Positions 25,269 through 39,441 of a stretch of 64,000 nucleotides of DNA are shown one piece after another. The stretch comes from Cystobasidiomycetes sp. EMM_F5 (lineage: Eukaryota): assembly GCA_051047955.1 (NCBI GenBank), contig JBPGPT010000001.1, positions 186,001-250,000 on the forward strand, in the 5' to 3' direction. Positions within the stretch are counted from its first letter, which is position 1. The number at the start of each line of letters is the position of its first letter. Below the pieces are notes generated by a model, which was not told where the DNA came from, did not search any database, and saw only the letters and a program-made list of their open reading frames with translations. Position numbers and translations under genes: made by a program.

Positions 25269-26885
25269 ATGAATCGCATCTCTTATAGCCACACCCTGCC
25301 GTTAATGGCCGTAGCTGTCACCCTCTTCGCCTCGGGCACTTCAGCATCCTTCACGCAAGTCCAGCGCCGTGCAGGTAACGTTAACGGCACGTACACTATC
25401 AATTTACACAACAATTGCGACTTCAAAGTCTGGCCCGCGGCATCGCAATGGAATCGTGCCAACGTACCCAGCGATCAGTTTCCACTAATCTCCGCCTCGC
25501 AACCAGGTCTCGGAAGCGATGGCTTGGGAGCTGGTTCTACAATCTCCATCAATGCTCCCACTAATTGGCTCGGAGGCCGAGTATGGCCTAGAACGGACTG
25601 CGTTGCCAATGGTCAGGTAATAACGTATAGTTCGCTCAGTTTATCGTAACTATCTGACCGAAGAGCAGGGTTTAACCTGTCAACACGGAGATTGTCAAGG
25701 TGCCGCAGTATGCGGGCCAGACTACGGAACCTATAGTGTAAGTACCTGCCTTGCCTGTATGCTCATGATTTCGGTCTCACTCGACGATTCCTGGCATTCG
25801 TCAGCTGGTTGATTCAGGTCCACAAATTGCTACATGGGCAGAGCAAGTACATTAATGCACTTTGAAGCGCTGATGCTGATGTGAAATACAGATTTGGCTT
25901 CGGCTATCAAGGACTTGGAACCAAGCCGAACGCCATCGATGGCATCTTTACGGATATTTCGAGAGTGAGCAATCTAGTCTGGAAGATAGTAGCGTATCAA
26001 AGCTCATCCGTCACCGTCTTTTAGTTCCAGGGGTTTAATGTACGTCAAAAGCGACTCACTCTGGGAGGCAAAGCTAACGAAAGAGGGTGGAACAGGTTGG
26101 TGTAAAGATCGCGGGTTCCTCACCGTCAAAATGTTGCGGAACGGCATCTTGTCCTGAAACCGAGGCCTTCATCACAGGTAATAACGTATAGTTCGCTCAG
26201 TTTATCGTAACTATCTGACCGAAGAGCAGGGTTTAACCTGTCAACACGGAGATTGTCAAGGTGCCGCAGTATGCGGGCCAGACTACGGAACCTATAGTGT
26301 AAGTACCTGCCTTGCCTGTATGCTCATGATTTCGGTCTCACTCGACGATTCCTGGCATTCGTCAGCTGGTTGATTCAGGTCCACAAATTGCTACATGGGC
26401 AGAGCAAGTACATTAATGCACTTTGAAGCGCTGATGCTGATGTGAAATACAGATTTGGCTTCGGCTATCAAGGACTTGGAACCAAGCCGAACGCCATCGA
26501 TGGCATCTTTACGGATATTTCGAGAGTGAGCAATCTAGTCTGGAAGATAGTAGCGTATCAAAGCTCATCCGTCACCGTCTTTTAGTTCCAGGGGTTTAAT
26601 GTACGTCAAAAGCGACTCACTCTGGGAGGCAAAGCTAACGAAAGAGGGTGGAACAGGTTGGTGTAAAGATCGCGGGTTCCTCACCGTCAAAATGTTGCGG
26701 AACGGCATCTTGTCCTGAAACCGAGGCCTTCATCACCGCAAGCGATGTCAACCAGGCCGTAGCATCAGGTACAGACACGCACCAACATGTCGAGCCGTAA
26801 TTCAACACTGATTCCCGATTTTTACCTCGCAGCGCCCGCTTACACGACCGCAACCTTTGACGTAACGTTCTGTCCTGCCTGCTGA
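25269..26885 (+). CDS. Secreted small thaumatin-like protein (10 Cys, about 235 aa if one repeat copy is skipped), interrupted by an internal duplication
   Basis: Signal peptide, TINLHNNCDFKVWP, WLGGRVWPRTDC, TCQHGDC, ATWAEF, TDISRFQGFNVG and terminal FDVTFCP. Confidence 0.85.
25614..26736 (+). repeat. Direct tandem duplication, period 561 bp (about 25614-26175 and 26175-26736)
   Basis: CAGGTAATAACGTATAG...GAGGCCTTCATCAC occurs twice back to back. I found no mismatch on visual comparison, including in the introns. Confidence 0.97.
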
Positions 26886-27079
26886 GCAATGTCATTGGTA
26901 CTAGCTCGTCAGCTAACGGTCATGATTGAGCTGGCTAAATCATGAATGTTATCGTATTGGAAGTGTGCTTTAGGTTTGTAGTACTCTTGATGATACAATA
27001 CAAATATTCTATACTGCATGAAGCAAATACACTCTACATTCTAATTCTGCTGAGAAGGGCGCTATGCGAAAGCTTGTGC

Positions 27080-29082
<2,003 letters not shown>

Positions 29083-29492
29083 TTACACCCTTTCAAGGGA
29101 AATGACCGCGGTTCTTGGAAATTTCAAAGTCATCCTCGGCAAGCACGCCATCAGCGCAAGATTTTCAAAACAACAAACGCTGACAACGCGCGCCAAATGA
29201 CATTGAATGGCTTGTTGATTCGTTGACAGTCTGTATATCTAGAATGCGTTGCCGCCCCGCTGCAAGCACTTCCTCGCGAGCTTTACTGATACTATCGACA
29301 GCCGGCTGCCTGAGCGCGTCACATCGCTATTTGTGCCGGAGAGCTGCAGGCTCGCGGATTGTACGTGCTGTGAGACTTTGAGTGTACTCGACTCCGACTA
29401 GAATGCAATGATTGCGAGATTTGTGTTCAGCCCTACCGTATACAACCCACACTCCAGATCTTTAGGATCCTCTGTTGGATACCAATTTGCAT

Positions 29493-32081
29493 ATGAACAT
29501 TCATGGCGCTGCGTCGAGCTGCAGAGCTTGCGCGCGAGCAGGACTTGCGTCAACTTTGCGCCTCGCGCTGCCAGTCGCCAAAACCTCTGCCCGCGTTCCG
29601 TTCGTTAGATCATTTGCTGCTGCACCATGTCGTCAACGTCAACCCAGTCCGAGTACAGCACGAGCGGTAGTCGCAAATCGGCGCATACGCAGTGACCCAG
29701 CTTCCAACCTCAAGCGACATAATGGTCCTCCGTTTCAGTACCGTCAGGGTGTTGACGCAACCCGAAGAATCGATAATTTGAAACCCAGCCAGATTCGACG
29801 GCAGCTGCAGACTTGCATGGCCACTTTTGTGAATGACGAGCAGTCTGATGTAGCATTGAGGATCGGAAACCTGCTCGTGTCCCTATCGCGTACATTCGGA
29901 CTGCAAGGGGGAGAGCTTCTCGGTCTTGCTCGCAAGTGGGCAGCTTCGTTGTCCCAGTCTCAGAGTGCATCAAGTGGCGAATCAAACAATGCCCTTGGTG
30001 GGCAGTTTACTGACGAAGTCCAACAAGAGTACGACAGAGTCTGCTTCATGGGGTCACCGAAGAATGGGAACTGATTCTTACTGGAATGACAGTGCCGATA
30101 TTGATTCCATCATTCGAGAAGTCGAAATATACGGTCGACAAACAGCGATAGACAGGGCAGTCCTGCAACAATTCTTCCAATGGCTAAACACACAAGTTAC
30201 CGAAAACCTGGTCACGACCTCACCTTCCCTCTCTGCCATTATCGCAAAATTGGACATGAAGTACCCCGCCGAGTGGTACCTGGGGACTAGGTCAGAACGT
30301 CGCAAGATCATAATGCATGTTGGCCCGACCAATAGCGGAAAGACATACAATGCCCTATGCAGGCTCGCCCAAGCTAGAGTCGGTGTCTTTGCTGGACCGT
30401 TGCGATTATTGGCTTCTGAGGTTTACAACCGCTTCAACGCTGGTACGATTGGCGGTCTCAAGGAACCGAGGATATGCAACCTATCCACTGGCGATGAAGT
30501 TCGAATACACGATATATTTGCAGGCTTGGAGAGCTGTACAGTCGAGATGATAAACTTGGGCAAGAGATATGATGTGGCAGTTATCGATGAGATACAGCTT
30601 ATTGCTGACCCCGGTCGCGGATCAAGCTGGACGCAAGCACTGCTGGGCATCGAAGCCAAGGAAGTTCACGTCTGTGGGGAAGCGAGCGTTGTCGAAATGG
30701 TACAGCGAATTGGAAAAGCGTGCGGCGACGAAGTCATCGTCAACCGCTATGAAAGACTCTCGCCGTTGACTGTCGCATCACAGTCTCTGCATGGCGACCT
30801 CTCGAAGGTGGTTCCCGGAGACTGCGTAGTGACGTTTAGCAGGAACAACATTTTCGCGCTGAAACAGCAGATTGAGCAGAAGACTGGCCTTCGCGTTGCT
30901 GTCGCTTACGGTGGACTTCCGCCAGAAGTCCGTGAAGAGCAAGCAAGAGGCTTCAATTCGGCCTCTGCTACAAACGGATATGATGTTCTAGTTGCAAGTG
31001 ATGCTATCGGAATGGGTCTTAATCTGTGGGTGATGACCAAAGTGTACTCACTCCTTGACTTGGCTCACACATATCATACTACGTTAGTAAAATCAAACGC
31101 ATCATTTTTGAGACGGTGCACAAGTTCAATGGGACGCAGGAGGTGGAGCTATCTGCTTCACAGATCAAACAGCTTGCCGGCCGGGCTGGACGGTATGGTA
31201 TGGGATCTGACTCGCCCTCGGCTCCAGACGAGCTTCCGAATGCACCAACCCATCCGTCAGCTTCACGATTAGTGCAGGATACATCGAACGGTGTCGTGAC
31301 TTGTCTGCTCGAAGCCGACATGCCGATCCTGGTGCGAGCTATGCAAGCGCCTATGCGGTCCCTGCAGCGTGCAGCACTGCATCCTAGTGTCAATCAATTA
31401 CAGCAGCTTATGGCTCTCTTACCCTCGAATGTCGGTCAAAGCAAAATCTTCGAGTTGCTGCCGATCATTGCAGCAACGACGCGGGATTACTATATACCCT
31501 CGTTTGGTCACCTTTTGACGCTTTCCAAACAACTGGAGCCTTTTAAATCCATCTCCATTCAAGAACGCTGGTTACTCTCGCACTCTCCGGTCTCTCAGCG
31601 GGACCCAGTGTGCGTCAGTGCTATTCGGGACTTCATGGCTAGGTTCGATAGCCATAAGCCAATGAAGATAACGGAATGGATCGGTCGACATCGCTTCGAT
31701 ATTCTGCTAGCAAATTTTCGATCTGCAGAAGATGAAATTCAGAAGCAGAGAATGGATCTCAATCACGGTAATCGGGCTCAAGGCGGCGCGGTAGTGGCTC
31801 GATTCACAACATCTCTTAATCTTACGCAGCTTGAGTCCTTACATCGCACCCTGGTAATGTATCTGTGGCTGGGTAGACGTTTCTCGCTGCACTTCCCTGA
31901 AGCTTCAGAAGCACGCCTGCTCAAGCTCGAAACAGAGAAGGCAATTGACTTTATTCTACTACATATGCGATCGAGCGGCGGGCAACAGTCGAATAGCATT
32001 TCAAGATTCTCGAAGCAGCGCGCTACGCGCATGACTCGTCCTCAGCAACCCTCGCCACTACAGCCCGCTGCTCAGATGTGA
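29493..32081 (+). CDS. SUV3: Mitochondrial ATP-dependent RNA helicase Suv3 (spliced)
   Basis: R-rich presequence, HVGPTNSGKT, GPLRLLA, DEIQ, YGGLPPE, VASDAIGMGLNL, QIKQLAGRAGR. Confidence 0.95.
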
Positions 32082-32168
32082 TATCATACATTCATTTGAC
32101 AACAGAGCAACATTTCTCATCGAGTACGACAGTTTTGCGGCATGGGGACATGGTGACAGGCCATGCTT

Positions 32169-34595
32169 CTAGTCATCCCTGTTGTTCGCAACGTTCGTGG
32201 CATCATCGGGCTTCGCGCTCCCCCATGAGAACCAGCTAGACTTGCGCTTTGAAGGCGCCGGCCCTATCGCGATCCTGAAAACGCCTTCAGCATCTGGTCC
32301 ATCCTTGATGGTCAATTCTCGTGTGCGGTGAAGAGACTGGATGTACAGTCATGTCATCAGCTCATTGCGTTCGATGAAGCGCGGTCCGTGTATGACATAC
32401 CTCAATGGCATCAACCCGCTCGCGCACTGAGTCGAGGCGTTCCTGGAAGTCGTCTTCGCTAATGACCTCCTTGATGACAGTCTGCATCAAGCGCGAATCT
32501 GGACGGACATTATATTCCGTGTCTATCTGGATTATATTAAGATGATCGAGGTCGTTGATGAAATCGGGTCGCGTCATTACTTCGCGAGCGCGATTCCAAG
32601 TTACTTTCGGATCATCGCTTTCTTCGCCAAGCTTGCCGACTGGCGGGAAAACGCATTGCCAATTAGAAAGCAAGTGCGCACAAAAATAATGTTTGCTTAC
32701 GTTCTTGTAGTAAGAGCCACGAGCAAGAACTCCATTTCTGCCTATAAGATGCATGTCAGTCTGGGATTCGCTGGAACAAAGGAATGATCGTACTCATCCA
32801 TAACGTCTAGTGCCATGCAATGTTAGTGGATGGCGTACCATTTGATAAAGTGTACGACGTACCGTCATCGTGATCCGGTATCAGACCAATCTTGGAGAGG
32901 AGCCACTGTTTTTCACGTTCTATCTTATGTCGAGCAGCGGCCAGCATATCATGTTTCTTCGCAAGCGCAATGAGCGTGCTCAGCCTGCCGCCAACGAGTC
33001 CGTAAATCTCCTTAGCCTGCTCCTTCGACATAGTCTCGTGATGGAATTGCCGGCGAGCTCGGCGGATTGCCTTGACACCTTCGGCTTCCGATAAATCACC
33101 GATCGAGACAACCTCCATACGATTCGCATTCTTCTCTGTAAGTGACGTAACGTCTCAGCTTGCATTACTCAACTGGACAGTGGGAATGCTGTTTGCTTAC
33201 TCAAAAGATCATAGATGCGGAAGTCATCAGAGTTGAAGACACTGCGACATCTGCTTAGTCGTGGAGGCTATCGGTTGCCGCGATCTGCGACTCACATCGT
33301 GGCACACTGTGAGGCCGCCCAGCTCTCTGCTCTCTGCTGAATTAAATGAAGCATACTGTGCCCGTCATCGTCGTCATTGACGAAGTGAACGTTGTTTATG
33401 ACAATAACGAGCGGCCTGCCCTTCTTCTTGCGATACCGTATCGCTACCTTTTCGAGCTTCGACATAGCCTGTGGATGATCTTCATCAGAGCAGATTAGAT
33501 CGAAGGTGCTGGTACTTTACTCTTTCAAAGTCCAGCATCGGCCCCGCTTCTTTCGGATCGCGTCTTTGGAAGAGACCATTGTAGGAGTCTTCATGACTGT
33601 CCTCGTCGTCAATAGATTGAAAAATTTGTTGCAGTTTCGGACTTGCTTACAATTCAAAATTCAAGGCTTTGCCGAACCGCATGCGAAATACTTCCCCATC
33701 TTCGTGTGCTTCGCAAATAGCGATTCCCTCGGCTTCGATATCTAATGTCTAAGGCGTATGCGCATCGTCAGCCTGCTGCTCGATGCTTAAAAGCTTAACA
33801 GTCTGAAAACGAACCGCTTGAATGACCATGCTGGTCTTCCCTGACCCTTTTGGACCAAGCAGCAACCAGTAGTGGCCCCTTTCCTCGCCCCGCATGATAC
33901 GATCAATGAGCGGCTGCTCATGCCTTTGTATTCGGTCTTGTAATTCTGCGGATTCCTCCTCCTCGTCTTGGCCATTGTGACTGTGCGTGGCCGGTGCTGA
34001 TGAAGGACTGCGAGCAGCCTTTTCTAATTCGAGGATAGGATCATAGCCGCCTACGTATCAACGCGTCAGTAAGTGAAGATATCTCGGGCGTATCTGTATC
34101 TGCACCCTCAAAAGCTATCTCCATCTTGCGCAAGACGTTCCATTTGTACCTGACAAGTATGCTTGATGTTAGAGGCGACGTGCGGTAACGGCACCACATG
34201 TTCTCCAATACGCACCACGCAAAGTAACCAATTCCGCCCAATCCCAGGAGCACTGTACCCATAGCCAAGCCCAAAGCTGTATCAATAGCTGAACCGTTCT
34301 GTTGTCCAGAACCGCGACCGCCAGAGGTAAAGCTCCCGTCGCTGGTTGCAGACTGCTCATGGCTTTGTGCGCGTCTGCCGCTGTCATTGTTCCGACGGCG
34401 GTCAGCGTTGAGCTCCGCTAATATTGTTTCGAGGCGGTTGAGCTTGGCGTCAACATCATCGAGCTTGTTTTCGGCAGATGAACCTGGAGAAGATGGAGAG
34501 GAAGTTTGCAACGCCCTCTGCAACCGTAAAGACTTGACAGGCCCGTGCAGAATGGCAGAACAGGGCCGTTTCAGTGACCGCCCAGCGGTTTGCAT
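32169..34595 (-). CDS. P-loop (AAA-like) ATPase-domain protein with a mitochondrial-type presequence and one TM helix (multi-exon)
   Basis: Walker A in HYWLLLGPKGSGKTSM, FRMRFGKAL, PLVIVINNVHF, LQQRAESWA, VGGRL. TM segment VLLGLGGIGY. Confidence 0.8.
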
Positions 34596-34775
34596 AATTC
34601 GTGACGAGGTCGACCTGCACGAAACAGACTGCCGGTGGGATGCAAATTGAACGAGAACATAGTCTGCACGTATGGTTGCGAGACATTCCTATGCATTGTA
34701 TGGTGACATTGGGGCGCGGCTGCTTTCAATGTAGAGTACGGTCACGCTGCTGCCTTCCGGCAAATGGCTATCATA

Positions 34776-35852
34776 TCAAGGACTCTTGGATGGAATCCCC
34801 GTCCTTTCAGAGTCGTGGTCTGCTACTACTCCTCGAGTGACTACGCGGCTGGAGTAATTCTCCTGCGCAACGCAATACAAAAGGGATGAGGGTGGTCAGT
34901 CTACAGGACGGCAGTCCGTTCGCATACTCGCATGTCGACTGACCATAGGGAAATATGTGTAGGGGTCCGGCTGCACCTTGTCTATAGATTGTGTCCACTC
35001 TAGCTTTACGCCAGAAGCAGGTAGTGGTGGTAGTTTCGAAGGAGTATATCCTGACGCTGTGGTTGTACCGCTGGAACCGGCATAGTAAAGTGAAGCAAGC
35101 GAGGGCGCCGACGCGGTGACAGTAGCAACGTCCGTTGACGTTGAAGCTGGAGTTTCAGCGGGCTTGTTGCTTGGCGCAGGTAGGCTGAACATTCGAAGGT
35201 CTCGTAAGCCAATGCGTGCGGCGCTTAGAGCAGAAGGACTCACTTCAGCCCTTCTGGCTGCGCAAGGAGAAGTGACGACAGATCCGACTGCGTGATGACG
35301 TCTAGGCGAGGATAGCGGCGTCTAAATGGTCGAAGAGAACTTTAGTCCAGAAGTTTGCTCCAGAAGACCGACAGATGGACATACCGGAAGTCTCGGTCGT
35401 AGTAGCTGTTTTGAGCGGGATCGCTGGCTGTTGCGGGCATGCATCAATATACAAGGATAAGAACAGAATCGGTCCCCTGCTTCTAAATTACCTTGAGACG
35501 GCGGCACGGAGAAGACCTCCTCTCGACTCGCTGGTGGTGGGTATCGATGCATGGAAGTGATCTATTTCCCATCGGAAGCGTTGTTGCAGAAAGGGCAGGG
35601 AGAAATGCTCGGCATGTCAGATTGAGGGGGAGAGTCCTGTACTGGCACGCAACCTACAGGATTGCCGCTGGTAGAGTCTGGGTTGATTACCAGAGCCCTG
35701 CGGAACTTGGTCCAGAAAGCCGACTGATTGCGTTAAGCATGCCGTTAGCTGCGCTTGTCTTGCATGCGTCCCATCATGCGCACCTTGTCGCCAGCGTGGT
35801 ACTTCCACGGATCTGCCGAGCCAGCACCGTCGCTCAAGTTCAGCTCAACCAT
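34776..35852 (-). CDS. NADH:ubiquinone oxidoreductase 21.3 kDa accessory subunit (NDUFA7/NUZM-like; multi-exon)
   Basis: Spliced FWTKFRRALVINPDSTSGNP..HRYPPPAS..ASDPAQNSYYDRDFR|RRYPRLDVITQSDLSSLL..KLPPLP..YFPM matches the fungal 21.3a subunit pattern. It is not visible as one ORF in the track; 3' end approximate. Confidence 0.85.
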
Positions 35853-36093
35853 CCTACGCGGATGCTAGCACACCAGACTGACCAGCGCTCTTCTGTCGTG
35901 CTACCTGTGAGGCCGCAGTCCCGACCTTAAGTGTGATGCGCATGTTGACTGAAGCGGTCGGTCGTCGGTAAAGCCCAACGTCTGCTCAAGTGCATGGCGT
36001 TGCTTGCAGCCGACCCGCAGAAGTTACATATGAGAGCATCTGCGCGTTATTCTAGCAACAACACACAATTCACAGATACACACTCGTCTACTC

Positions 36094-37063
36094 TCATAGC
36101 CCTTTACTCGCTTCCGCCAACCGGTCGAAAGCAGCTTTGTACGCCGACCGGGCTCGTAATCTTGACATGTAATCTCGCAAAGACTGAGGCACTTCTTCTT
36201 CTTTGAATGCACCTGAATCTATGACTGTCCGAACTGGCGTTGACATCTGCGTTCGTCGTTTCGGTCAGATTTGTGACAAGAAGGAGGGATTGCAGCTCAC
36301 CATGAAGTCTCCACCTGTCGGATCTCTTTCGCCAGCCAGAAAGTTGCGCCCGCCATCTTTCTTTAAGAACGAGTCCACCAATTCAAAATTGCTATGAATG
36401 GCTGAATCCAGAAATGCGGCCCGGACCTTCTCGAGTATGATTGTCGTAAAAGGTTTCACAAAGAACGGACTGCGTTCTTGCACAGTCATAAACACTGTCC
36501 GAAGTACCAATGGCGGCATAAATGTAGCTTCGGCGTAGTGCATAAAGAATGTGTTGTCGAGTCGCGCCTGAGCGGACTTTGGAGCAAAGCGTCCTTTGCC
36601 GTATCTTTCGATGAGGTATTCAACTATGGGTCCACTTCGGAAAGTCGCTGTCAGATGAAGACGTCTCACGTTGAAAACATTATCGGACTCACGTCTCTCG
36701 CAGGATAAGGTTGCCGTCCTTTAAGACTGGCGTTTCTTTTGTAATCATTGCGCCGGACAAGCTAGACGTAATGCCAGAAGCAATCCTATCGAATCCGGAG
36801 CTGCTTTCCTGCTTTAACGGGTCTATTGGCTGAGTCACCATCATGATTAGTCTAGATACACGCAGCTTCACACTGACAACATCGTACCGTCCCGTCTGCA
36901 TTTAGCTTTGCCCCCTCTAATTGCAAGCGGTATGCGACTTTGAGCTCTTCCAGCAGCCATAGAATCCGATCCTCTTTATGCTATCAGTGCGAATGCCAGG
37001 CCGAGGATTAGCTGCTGTCATACGTATCGGCGACACAAAACGTCATACGTGTAAAGTGATCAT
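36094..37063 (-). CDS. Glutathione S-transferase, Gtt1-like, divergent (multi-exon)
   Basis: RILWLLEEL, TPVLKDGNLILRE(T)GPIVEYLIERYG, FMHYAEATFMPPL, SPFFVKP, PTGGDFM, RLRARSAYKAA. Confidence 0.88.
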
Positions 37064-37431
37064 GCTGTCTCCAAGCGAACGAAGTGAGCTTGACGCTCGC
37101 TTGAAACCGCTGGGGTGTGAGCAGTCTCGGAGGGCGACTAGCCAGAGCGAAGCTTTGTGTTGATGTGAACGCGTGTCGCGGCGGCGCTGCTGTATCGATC
37201 TAGGCCTGGTCACCGCGTCATCGCTAACATCGATGCATCATCTAGGCATGGTGCAGGGCTGATCCTACAGGCAGGCTGGAAAGAAATATGCGGCACAACG
37301 CAAAGACAAATGCCTGCACAGAGATCCGGTCCGCTGTGGACACCGTTTTACGATCATTCGGAACGCTTCTTTAGAAGCCGGCAATCCGTGAATGACTTTG
37401 GTTTGTCCCGTTACAATACTCTGAACATAGA

Positions 37432-38522
37432 ATGGCGCTGCCTCCGACGACTGACATTTTGCTCGAACACCGCCCGTCGGGGGTTCTGCTGGTTACTCTC
37501 AATACACCCAAAACACTGAACAGCTTTGATGGAAAGAAATGTACGAAGCGGGCGGAAGATGCCTAAAGCATTCCTCTGACATTCCCTCGCAGACAGAGTG
37601 AAATCTTTCTACACCGTATACCCGCATTGTTCCTAAATCCTAATCGTATCGCAACCCTCAGGAGTTGATATCGGCATTGGCATATGCTGCATCAAATGCC
37701 AGCGTCAAAGCTCTGTTGTTGTACGAGACTCCTTCGGTCCGTTGGAAGTTCTTTTCTGATGCATTCGACAGGACTGCCAACGGGAAGTACTTTAGCTCCG
37801 GAGCAGCTCTGTCGCAGGACAGGATCGCAGCAATAAGGTCCGGAAAGACATCAAAGCTTGATTCGACAGCGGCTAGGTAAGTCCTTGGAACACGATAGTA
37901 CTCCCTGCTTGATGCTGCTGTCTTGCCAGAGACTTGATTGACGCACTTATCGAATTTCCAAAGCTGCTGGTGGCTGGGTTACAAGGCGAGCGCGGATTTT
38001 CGTGCAGCCGATCGCGCTGACAATGATGTTGCTATAGGTCCAGCATATGGTATCGCAGTCACGATGCTGCCCTTCTTTGATCTCATCTACGCTTCGCCAA
38101 ACGTGACTTTCACGACGCCGTTTTCCAAGCTGGGTATCTGTCTCGAAGGCTGTTCGTCCGTCCTGTTTCCACAGCTGCTCGGCAAGACCCTAAGCACGAG
38201 GCTGTTGTATCTGGCTCAGACGGTGCCTGTCGCTGATATGGCTTCTACGGGTATGATTGCCGAAGTCCTCCCGCATGGAACAATCATTTCCGAAGTAGTA
38301 AAGAGAACGGAGCAGGCGCTTGAAGGGCTGTTCGTCGATTCGATAATCACATCCAAGCGGCTGGTGAGGGATGATGAAACGCGACAAAAGCTGCATCGCG
38401 TAAATAATGCCGAAATGTCTGCTGTCGCTGGGCGTATGCAAACGGAGGACTATCGAACAGCCATCGATGATTTCGAAGAGCGACGGAGGCAGAGGAAAGG
38501 TACGGCGGTAGCAAAGCTGTAG
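37432..38522 (+). CDS. Peroxisomal delta3,delta2-enoyl-CoA isomerase (crotonase fold; PTS1 AKL; multi-exon)
   Basis: VTLNTPKTLNSF, GKYFSSGA, FPKLLVAGLQ|GPAYGIAVT, TPFSKLGICLEGCSS. The C-terminus is -AKL. Confidence 0.9.
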
Positions 38523-38600
38523 CTTGATACGTTTTGAACATGTTGTCGGAAATTCTTCGACTCTGCTGGTCAGCTAGACTGCCTTACCCTAGCAGATAGT

Positions 38601-38798
38601 CTATTGAGGCTGTGTTGGCTGTTGGGTTTCTTCTACTGCTTTCTCCTTGCCTTTGCCTTGATGTGCAGCCGAGTGTTGCTGCGTGTCTGTCGCGTTTGCA
38701 GCGGCTTTTGCAGCGAGGCGCCGTTGCGCGAGGAACTCTTCCAAGTCTGCGATGTCGGACTGCCTAATAGATATTGCGGATGGAGGTCGGCGGATCAT
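38601..38798 (-). CDS. CDC26: APC/C subunit Cdc26 (65 aa)
   Basis: N-terminal MIRRPPSAISIRQSDIADLE matches the Cdc26 M-L-R-R-x-P-T-x-I motif; low-complexity tail. Confidence 0.8.
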   Translation of the reverse strand: MIRRPPSAISIRQSDIADLEEFLAQRRLAAKAAANATDTQQHSAAHQGKGKEKAVEETQQPTQPQ

Positions 38799-39441
38799 GT
38801 TGGCAGTGCTTCAGAGACTGAGAGCAGGCAGATCGATGAGACGGATGGCTCGACCGAGGTTATGCTCCGCTCGAATAGATGAATGAGTCAATCTGAACGT
38901 CGAATAGGCAGCTAATGCTCCCATTACATTGGACTCGACGATTGGAGGCTGATTGTCAATACTGCTGATATGCTCACTCGCTGACGCTGGGATCAATGGG
39001 GTGGTGAATTGACGGACATGGCCATGGCAGAACAGCAAATTGGAACATCACGCCTAACGTTGGAATTTACGCACGTATATCCTCTCTCCCACCTTCCCTG
39101 TATCCATCACATCCGAAATGGGCCATATCCCGATGTAATGGTTATCCAATATGAGTGGACCGCGCCGCTCCGATCTCAATCACCAGATGGACGCGCGTTG
39201 CTCTTCCAGAATTAGTGTTTGATACCGCTGCCGCAACACAGCCGATGCGGCCGCCATCCTCTCCGCTCTTGAGCTATTTCCCTTCATCCTGTCTGTCATT
39301 CGCGCCAGTGCCGGCCGTTAGCCTCCTGACTGACTGCGCTAATGTAACGGCGGTGGCTCCAACGCCTGGCAGCTACTCGACGTACCGATATTCGAACCCA
39401 ACCCGCGCTTAACGGATTCTGCGGAGATCGCACCTGCGCCA

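Noticed and set aside
29926..31272. Overlapping SUV3 ORFs suggesting programmed frameshifts
   Set aside because: Ordinary short introns near 30029-30092 and 31027-31088 explain the frame changes.
34807..34900. Alternative -PRL (PTS1-like) C-terminus for the complex I subunit
   Set aside because: No available splice acceptor places that frame in phase with the YFPM donor.
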